Shown here one piece after another: positions 63,861 through 64,000 of a stretch of DNA of 64,000 nt. A model generated the notes under the pieces. It ran no database searches. It was not told the DNA's origin and saw only the letters and a program-made list of their open reading frames with translations. The stretch covers positions 30,072,001-30,136,000 of the forward strand of contig NC_087437.1 in the NCBI RefSeq assembly GCF_036321535.1, read 5' to 3'. Source of the DNA: Camelus dromedarius. Lineage: Eukaryota. Position 1 is the first letter of the stretch. Each line of letters begins with the position of its first letter. The translations under genes and the position numbers were made by a program.

Positions 63861-64000
63861 AGAATACTTTTAAAAAATTTTGTTTTGCTTCTCTCTAAAT
63901 GCATTAGGCTTTTGTGCAGTTGAGTTCTTGAGCAACATGCAAAAAATATAATGACACAAACTATGATCTAATCATTAAATAAAACTGGTCTGCATTAGTG

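Noticed and set aside
1..64000. CRISPR arrays, operons, rRNA or other prokaryote-type systems
   Set aside because: The sequence is mammalian; no regularly spaced repeat-spacer array or gene-dense region is visible.

Overview
This window is AT-rich mammalian (eutherian) genomic DNA. It is very probably camelid, judging by two tRNA-derived SINEs of the Vic-1 type and camelid-type L1 3' ends. I cannot support any protein-coding gene: the listed ORFs are short chance ORFs or translations of decayed L1 ORF2 and other repeats. About half or more of the window is interspersed repeat: L1 of several ages, L2, L3/CR1, MIR, MaLR/ERVL/ERV1 solo LTRs, and hAT-Charlie and Tigger DNA-transposon MITEs. The one clear gene-related feature is a CpG-island promoter at about 56.83-57.30 kb. 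It has YY1, NRF1-like, SP/KLF and two TCTCGCG motifs, a strong minus-strand splice donor, and an adjacent IRF/NF-kB/AP-1 motif cluster; I could not identify its gene. The most unusual feature is a decayed Ty3/Gypsy integrase on the minus strand at about 47.43-48.23 kb. Its core motifs, GPY/F module, chromodomain and polypurine tract appear in the correct order, and it is split across reading frames, so the ORF track misses it. Other points of interest are a candidate 9-nt microexon, twin perfect hairpins beside Oct/ETS motifs, two candidate L1 3' transductions, a 5'-inverted L1, a polyadenylated LTR fragment, and two LTRs apparently inserted at the same 5-bp target. Repeat family names come from my recollection of consensus sequences, not from a search, and boundaries without target-site duplications (TSDs) are approximate. 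I see no firm evidence of a wholly new biological system.
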